A stretch of DNA of 64,000 nt from an uncultured Gemmatimonadales bacterium (GTDB lineage: Bacteria > Gemmatimonadota > Gemmatimonadetes > Gemmatimonadales > GWC2-71-9): contig CAMYLY010000009.1 in the NCBI GenBank assembly GCA_947259405.1, positions 18,020-82,019 of the forward strand, read 5' to 3'. Shown in pieces: positions 58,342-64,000 of this stretch. The notes under the pieces were generated by a model. It was not told the DNA's origin. It saw only the letters and a program-made list of their open reading frames with translations, and did not search any database. Every line of letters begins with the position of its first letter. Within the stretch, counting starts at the first letter, position 1. The translations under genes were made by a program, and so were the position numbers.

Positions 58342-58546
58342 CGATGGCCGTGGTGGTTGGATCGCGGAACCTACACAATGGCAACGAACTACGCCATCGG
58401 AAGCCGGTTGCCCGGCTCTCAGGCGGGGTGTAGATTGGCCACCATCAGGCCGCTGGAAATCCCGTTGAAACGCAAGGTCACCTGGCCCGAGACTTGAACG
58501 GGAAGTGGCGTCCTTCATTCGTCCCTGAGGCGGGAGGAGCAAACGC

Positions 58547-59449
58547 GTGACGGGACCAGTACACCGAGCCGGCGGAGGGGCCGAGGGCTCGATCTCGCAG
58601 ATCGTGTGTTCGACGTGCGGCAGCACGGCCGTGGCGGGCCTTCCCTTCTGTCCGTCATGCGGCAAGAAGCTGGCTCAACCCGTCGAAGGACGCGCCTGTC
58701 CCCGTTGCGGGACGGCCGCGCCCGAAGATCGGAAATACTGCCCCGCCTGCGGACAGGGTCTGGACGGCATGCTCCGGCCGAGTCAAGCCGCAGCACAGAC
58801 GGCTGCGCAGCACGTGATCGTGGTCGTCGATGACGCCGGCGAGCCCCTGAGCAGACACCCACTCCAAACCGGCGAAACCACCTTGGGGCGCGAGGGCGCC
58901 GACATGGAGTTCGCCGAGGATCCGTATCTCTCGCCCGTGCACCTCAAGTTCACGGCCAAGGAGGAGCAGCTCTTCGTTCGCGACCTGGGGAGCCGCAACG
59001 GGACGTGGGTGTTCATTACCGAACCTCACCGGCTTAGCGACGGCGACCGCATCCTCTTGGGGTCACAGGTGCTCGTGTATCGACGACTCGGATATCCCGG
59101 ACCGCATCCCCCCGAGCGAGACGCTACGCGGCGGCTCGGGTCCTTGGTGCCCAGCGCGGATATCGCCAAGCTGACGCAGGTGCGCAGCGACGGATCGGAA
59201 CGCGACGTGATGCACTTGTCTCCTGGGCGCGACATCGCTCTCGGACGCGAGGACGGCGATTGGGTGTTCCCGTACGACCCGTCGATGAGCGGTCGGCATG
59301 CCGAGATACACTCGGAAGATGCAGATTTCGTCCTCATCGATTCCGGAAGTCGCAACGGCGTCGCCGTCGCCGCTCGCGGCGACGTACCTGCACCGCCCAA
59401 CACGCGCATTCTGGTGGGCGACAAGATGATCCGCGTCGAAGCATCATGA
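58547..59449 (+). CDS. Double Zn-ribbon plus two FHA domains
   Basis: Four CxxC pairs; GR..S..H..DLGSRNGT and GR..SGRH..DSGSRNG. Confidence 0.9.
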   Translation: MTGPVHRAGGGAEGSISQIVCSTCGSTAVAGLPFCPSCGKKLAQPVEGRACPRCGTAAPEDRKYCPACGQGLDGMLRPSQAAAQTAAQHVIVVVDDAGEPLSRHPLQTGETTLGREGADMEFAEDPYLSPVHLKFTAKEEQLFVRDLGSRNGTWVFITEPHRLSDGDRILLGSQVLVYRRLGYPGPHPPERDATRRLGSLVPSADIAKLTQVRSDGSERDVMHLSPGRDIALGREDGDWVFPYDPSMSGRHAEIHSEDADFVLIDSGSRNGVAVAARGDVPAPPNTRILVGDKMIRVEAS

Positions 59450-61230
59450 AGACCTGCACGGTCTGCGGCGCCGAGTGGCCCGACGAGACCAAGTTCTGTC
59501 CCAACGACGGAACGACGCTGCGCTCGACCGAAGGTGCCGACCTGGTCGGCAGTATCATCGGCGGCAACTACCATATCGAGAAGAAGCTTGGCGAGGGCGG
59601 CATGGGTTCCGTCTATCTTGGCGAACACGTCAAAATGGGCCGGAAGAGCGCCATCAAGGTTATGACGCAGTCCATGGCCAGCGATCATGATGCCATCGCT
59701 CGCTTCAACCGAGAAGCGACCAACGCCGCCCGGATCAACCACCCTAACGTGTGCGCCATTTACGATTTTGGCGAAACACCGGAAGGGTTGATCTTTCTGG
59801 CTATGGAGTTCATCGAAGGCGAAGCCTTGAGCGACATGCTGACTCGCGTAAGCATGATCACGCCGGGACGCGCCGCTTTCATTCTGGATCAATGCGCCGA
59901 CGCACTCCAGTCCGCTCACGAATTGGGCATCGTGCACCGCGATCTCAAACCTGACAACATCATGATCACGCAGAGTCGCGGGAAGGACGTGGTGAAGGTG
60001 GTCGACTTCGGGATTGCGAAGGCGATGGGCGGCGAAGAGGGCCAGAAGGTCACCAAGACAGGGCTCGTCGTCGGGACACCCGAATACATGAGCCCAGAGC
60101 AGTTGTCCGGTGACGTCCTCGACGGACGCAGCGACATCTACTCCCTCGGCCTGGTGTTCTTCCGCATGGTCACCGGCACGCTCCCGTTCCCGGCTGAGAG
60201 CGCGCAAGAAACGATGATCAAGCGCCTGACCGACGATCCGATGACGCTCGAGGCAGCGCAACCGGGCGGCAGATATCCGCCGGGACTGCAGGGTGCCATC
60301 GATCGGGCGCTGCAACGCATGCCGGGCGACCGGTACCAGCACGCCAACGAATTCGCTCGCGATGTCCGGCTGACCATTGGGAATGCGAAGGAGATCTTCG
60401 CGCCCCCGACCCTCGACACCGACGCCAAGACGCAGTTGATGGACGCGCAGACCGCCGTGGTCGATGAGAGTACCACGGTGGTCGATGAACATGCCACCGC
60501 TCCAGCGGCGGTGACCAAAGGCTTTACGCGGCAGCTTGCCCCGACCCAAACCACGCCGGCTCAGGCACGTCCTGCCGAAGTGTCGCCGACCACTCCCGCC
60601 ACGCCGGCTCCGATTCCGTCGCCAACAACGGTGACCAAGAAAAAAACGCCCGTCGTGCCAATCGCTGCTGCAGTGCTCGTTGTGGCAGCGGCCGGAACCA
60701 CAGCCGCGGTCATGATGACCGGAGGTAGCGAAAACGGAGCCTCAGAGCCAGTATCGATTCAGCCCCCCTTGGGGACCGACGATTCGACGCAGACCCTCCA
60801 ATCGGCCGCTGGCGATACGGGGGGAGTAGGTTCTCCCGTTGCGACGGGTTCCGAGACGGGTGGCACAACGCAAGCTAGTCCACAATTGGGTGGTGAACCG
60901 CTCGTGCTGGATACAGGTGGAACAGGAGATTCGGGCGTTGCGCCTCCTGCGACCACCGCCGATCCGGCGGAGGTGGACCGGGAGCTTGAGGCGCTGTTGG
61001 ATAGCATCAATGCTGATCCGCAGCAGGTGCGGCAGGCGGCAGAAGCACATTACCAGGATCGGACGCTGCCCAATTCGACACGTGCGTTCGCAGCTTTTGT
61101 AGTCGGTGACTCGTTCTTCGCGGAAGACCGAATGACCGAAGCCTGTCGTTGGCTGGAGGTGGCAATCAGCTTAGATCCGACGAACGCTGTATACCCGAAC
61201 TCGAAGACCCTGTACAGGTGCTCACCGTGA
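59446..61230 (+). CDS. Zn-ribbon membrane Ser/Thr kinase with C-terminal TPR-like helices
   Basis: CTVC..FCPNDG; LGEGGMG, HRDLKPDN, DFG, MSPE; TM; ATGA overlap. Confidence 0.92.
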   Translation: MKTCTVCGAEWPDETKFCPNDGTTLRSTEGADLVGSIIGGNYHIEKKLGEGGMGSVYLGEHVKMGRKSAIKVMTQSMASDHDAIARFNREATNAARINHPNVCAIYDFGETPEGLIFLAMEFIEGEALSDMLTRVSMITPGRAAFILDQCADALQSAHELGIVHRDLKPDNIMITQSRGKDVVKVVDFGIAKAMGGEEGQKVTKTGLVVGTPEYMSPEQLSGDVLDGRSDIYSLGLVFFRMVTGTLPFPAESAQETMIKRLTDDPMTLEAAQPGGRYPPGLQGAIDRALQRMPGDRYQHANEFARDVRLTIGNAKEIFAPPTLDTDAKTQLMDAQTAVVDESTTVVDEHATAPAAVTKGFTRQLAPTQTTPAQARPAEVSPTTPATPAPIPSPTTVTKKKTPVVPIAAAVLVVAAAGTTAAVMMTGGSENGASEPVSIQPPLGTDDSTQTLQSAAGDTGGVGSPVATGSETGGTTQASPQLGGEPLVLDTGGTGDSGVAPPATTADPAEVDRELEALLDSINADPQQVRQAAEAHYQDRTLPNSTRAFAAFVVGDSFFAEDRMTEACRWLEVAISLDPTNAVYPNSKTLYRCSP

Positions 61231-62261
61231 ATCTCTTCGGATCGAAGAACACCGGCATACGCATCAGCGTCTTCGGCAAGACGGATGTCGGCCGCACGCG
61301 GGAACACAACGAAGACTGCTTCATCGTGGCCGACCTCACGCGCCAGAACGCGTCGCTGCATCCAGACGTCCGACAACACGACGTGGGTGCGCATGGCACA
61401 CTCCTGGTCGTGGCGGACGGCATGGGCGGCGCAGCGGCGGGCGAAATCGCGTCGGACATGGCGACGCGCACGATCTACGATCACTTGTTGAGCACGTGGC
61501 TCAAGGACGATGAACCGAGCGCCCAGCAATTCGCCTTCCGGTTGAAAGAAGCGGTCGAAGAAGCCAACGACAAAATCCACCTGTACGCGAAGGAGCATCC
61601 GGACTTGCGCGGCATGGGCACGACTACGACTGCCGTCGGTGTGCTGGGGGATCAGCTGTACCTCACACAGGTGGGCGACTCACGTGCCTACTTGATCCGC
61701 AAAGGCGAAGGCATTCAACTCACCAAGGATCAGTCGCTCATGCAGCGCCTGGTCGACGCGGGAGAGCTCACAGAGGAAGAGGCGGAAAAGTCGGAGCGCC
61801 GCAATATCATCCTGCAGGCCCTCGGGCCCGATCCCAAGGTGCGCGTCGACCTCACCAACCAGCAGATTCGCCAAGGCGACGCCGTGGTTCTGTGCTCTGA
61901 TGGCCTTACAGGCCAAATCACGCGAGAGGAAATCGCCGAGATCGTGGCACAGGACAGCAAGGACCTCGTCGAAGTCTGCTCACAGCTCATTGAAATCGCT
62001 AACGAACGCGGTGGCCCGGACAACATCACCGTCGTGGTTGCTCGGTTCGGCGGCAAGCCGCTCAGAGATCCTAACGACGGGGACGAGGCCGGCCACCAGG
62101 TCTACCCGCTTCTGGACCCCGAATCCACCACGGAACCGGTACCGATCTATCGCGGAAGCCCACCGCCGATCCCGGAGAACAAGGTCGAGATGGTCTGGTC
62201 CGGAGGCCTCGCGGCAATCGTGACCGCCCTTGGCCTTTTCTTCGCGACCTTCGGTTTTTAG
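61227..62261 (+). CDS. PP2C-type Ser/Thr phosphatase (Stp1 family) with C-terminal anchor
   Basis: DVGRTREHNED, VADGMGG, GDSRAY, CSDGL, GGPDNIT; GTGA overlap. Confidence 0.95.
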   Translation: MNLFGSKNTGIRISVFGKTDVGRTREHNEDCFIVADLTRQNASLHPDVRQHDVGAHGTLLVVADGMGGAAAGEIASDMATRTIYDHLLSTWLKDDEPSAQQFAFRLKEAVEEANDKIHLYAKEHPDLRGMGTTTTAVGVLGDQLYLTQVGDSRAYLIRKGEGIQLTKDQSLMQRLVDAGELTEEEAEKSERRNIILQALGPDPKVRVDLTNQQIRQGDAVVLCSDGLTGQITREEIAEIVAQDSKDLVEVCSQLIEIANERGGPDNITVVVARFGGKPLRDPNDGDEAGHQVYPLLDPESTTEPVPIYRGSPPPIPENKVEMVWSGGLAAIVTALGLFFATFGF

Positions 62262-62267
62262 CAGGAC

Positions 62268-63737
62268 GTGAAGCCGCAGCTCAAAATCCTGAAGGGCGCG
62301 CGAACGGGTCACACCCAGGTCTTTTCCAAGTCTCCGATCGCTCTGGGACGTCACCCTGCGGCGGACCTCCAGTTCGATCCGGATCGGGACCTCCAGGTGT
62401 CCGCCCGCCATGCGTTGATCGTGCGTCGCGACGATCACTGGTATGTGCGCGATGTGGGAAGCCGCAACGGCACCTACGTCAACGGCCACAAGATTGCGAC
62501 TGACACTAGACTCGACGACACGGATCAAATCCGGCTCGGCGACGCACAGGGGCCCGTCTTCGAGGTGCGCTTGGTCCCCGACGGGTCACCGGACGGGATA
62601 ACCGCACCCGCACAGCCCATCCCGGCAACCCAGGATGGTGTAAGTTCGGGCGTCGTCACACCCGGCCGCGAACCCAGGCCAACGGCCGCCGGCCAGTCCG
62701 ACGAAGCACGGCCGGCCGGCCCCGCACCACGGGCGTCGAACACGGCAGAACGCATTCGCATAGAGGTCGGGAAGCAAACCCGCAAGCACCGAGCGATGAC
62801 ACTGACGGCCTTTGTCATGTTGCTCGGCGCGGCGACGACGTTCGTCGTCGTCTCGCAGCGCCAGGGAGCAGCCCGGAACGCCGAAGTCGCCGCCATGCGA
62901 GCCAGAACCGACAGCATCCTGCTCGCGGCCAACCAGGCCATGAACGACCTCCAGGGACAGGTCTCGGGTCTGGAGGCACGATTGCGGGAGTCGCTATCCG
63001 ACCTCACGAATCTCCAGGCGCAACTCGATCGCGCCGAGCGGTCGGGTACCGACGTCGAGGTCGACGAGCTACGAAGACAGCTAGCTGACGCGACGCAGGC
63101 CCTCATCTATCAACAGGCCGCAGCCCAAGTCGACTACGCCACGCTCGTCGAAGAGAGCCAACAGACCGTCGCGATGATTTGGGCGCGCTATGCGGACCGC
63201 AGCATCGCGTCGGGAACGGCGTTCGCCGTCCGGCCCAACGGGACATTGGTCACGAACCGGCACCTCGTCACCGGGCGAGACGGAAACCAGCGACCGGTAG
63301 AAATTGCCGTCAAGTTTGCCGATTCTCGACAGGTGTTCCGCGCGCGTCTCCTCGCCACCTCACCCGATGCGGACCTCGCAGTCATACGAGCCGAGGGGAT
63401 CACGACCGCCGTGCCAGTGGTGAAGGGGTTCGGCGGTCCGCCGACGCAGGGCGACCCCGTCGCCATTATAGGATTCCCCATGGGCAGCGAGTTGCCGGGG
63501 GCCGGCACGAATGAGTTCGCTCGGACGACTTTCATTCCCGGCTCGGTCTCAAAGGTCCTGCCCGATTTGATCCAGCTCGACGGCTACGGCGTGCAGGGCG
63601 CAAGTGGAAGCCCCATCTTCGACGAACAAGGGTTGGTCATCGGGGTGCTGTTTGGAGGCGAGGTTGCGAGTGCTGGGCGGATCGTATACGCCGTCCCGGC
63701 GGCACTTGTCGAGCAGCTTCTCAGATCGGTCCGCTAG
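62268..63737 (+). CDS. FHA-TM-coiled-coil-trypsin-like serine protease
   Basis: FHA (GR, SARHA, SRNGT); TM; coiled coil; triad TNRH, DLAVI, GASGSP. Confidence 0.9.
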   Translation: MKPQLKILKGARTGHTQVFSKSPIALGRHPAADLQFDPDRDLQVSARHALIVRRDDHWYVRDVGSRNGTYVNGHKIATDTRLDDTDQIRLGDAQGPVFEVRLVPDGSPDGITAPAQPIPATQDGVSSGVVTPGREPRPTAAGQSDEARPAGPAPRASNTAERIRIEVGKQTRKHRAMTLTAFVMLLGAATTFVVVSQRQGAARNAEVAAMRARTDSILLAANQAMNDLQGQVSGLEARLRESLSDLTNLQAQLDRAERSGTDVEVDELRRQLADATQALIYQQAAAQVDYATLVEESQQTVAMIWARYADRSIASGTAFAVRPNGTLVTNRHLVTGRDGNQRPVEIAVKFADSRQVFRARLLATSPDADLAVIRAEGITTAVPVVKGFGGPPTQGDPVAIIGFPMGSELPGAGTNEFARTTFIPGSVSKVLPDLIQLDGYGVQGASGSPIFDEQGLVIGVLFGGEVASAGRIVYAVPAALVEQLLRSVR

Positions 63738-64000
63738 CGTACCCTCGTCAGCTGACCGAGTACCCGAGGTGCACGCGCGCCCGTAGCAGCCGGCACATTC
63801 CCTGGTAGGCCTTTCATCGTCCGCCATCCCAAGTAGGCAAACGCGACCGCCTCTTTTGCGTCTCCATCGAAGAACATGTCATCGAACGCGCGCAGGGCAC
63901 GAGTGTCGAGAGCCTCGCGCAACGCGCGACACAGCGTGGGGTTGCGAGCGCCTCCGCCAGAGACGACCACGTCCGCCCCGTCCGGCGTCAACCAGCGAGT
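63734..64000 (-). CDS. anmK: Anhydro-N-acetylmuramic acid kinase (partial, 3' end)
   Basis: SGGGARNP, KEAVAFA, GNVPAATGA..VLG. Confidence 0.9.
   Translation of the reverse strand, partial: TRWLTPDGADVVVSGGGARNPTLCRALREALDTRALRAFDDMFFDGDAKEAVAFAYLGWRTMKGLPGNVPAATGARAPRVLGQLTRVR

Overview
High-GC bacterial chromosome segment, most likely Gemmatimonadota (inferred from the many Hanks-type kinases, 6-bladed propeller proteins and the recR-mglBA-pgsA-cinA-grpE-dnaJ order). About 1-32.3 kb is an accessory mosaic of short, mostly + strand genes. Its first ~20 kb carries about 12 complete, halved or collapsed attC-like sites but no integrase, so it looks like a decaying integron cassette array (CALIN-like). 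This half also holds several gene-fragment scars, two homologous copies of a 21-bp-period repeat element, an AAA-DUF4143 gene with a palindromic operator, and an ECF sigma/anti-sigma/cytochrome c module with two matching promoters. About 32.3-53.5 kb is minus-strand housekeeping: dnaJ, grpE, cinA, pgsA, mglA, mglB, recR, ybaB, dnaX, SRP RNA, trkH, trkA, ltaE, pyk, cobB, ispG, nrdJ and a gamma-CA. About 53.5-63.7 kb is a divergent signalling locus. One arm has a peptidase/propeller/beta-barrel outer-membrane protein and a Zn-ribbon kinase with PEGA and TonB-C-like domains. The other arm has a Zn-ribbon-FHA-FHA protein, a Zn-ribbon kinase, a PP2C phosphatase and an FHA-TM-coiled-coil-trypsin protease. 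The window ends in anmK. All calls come from reading motifs by eye; no database searches were run.
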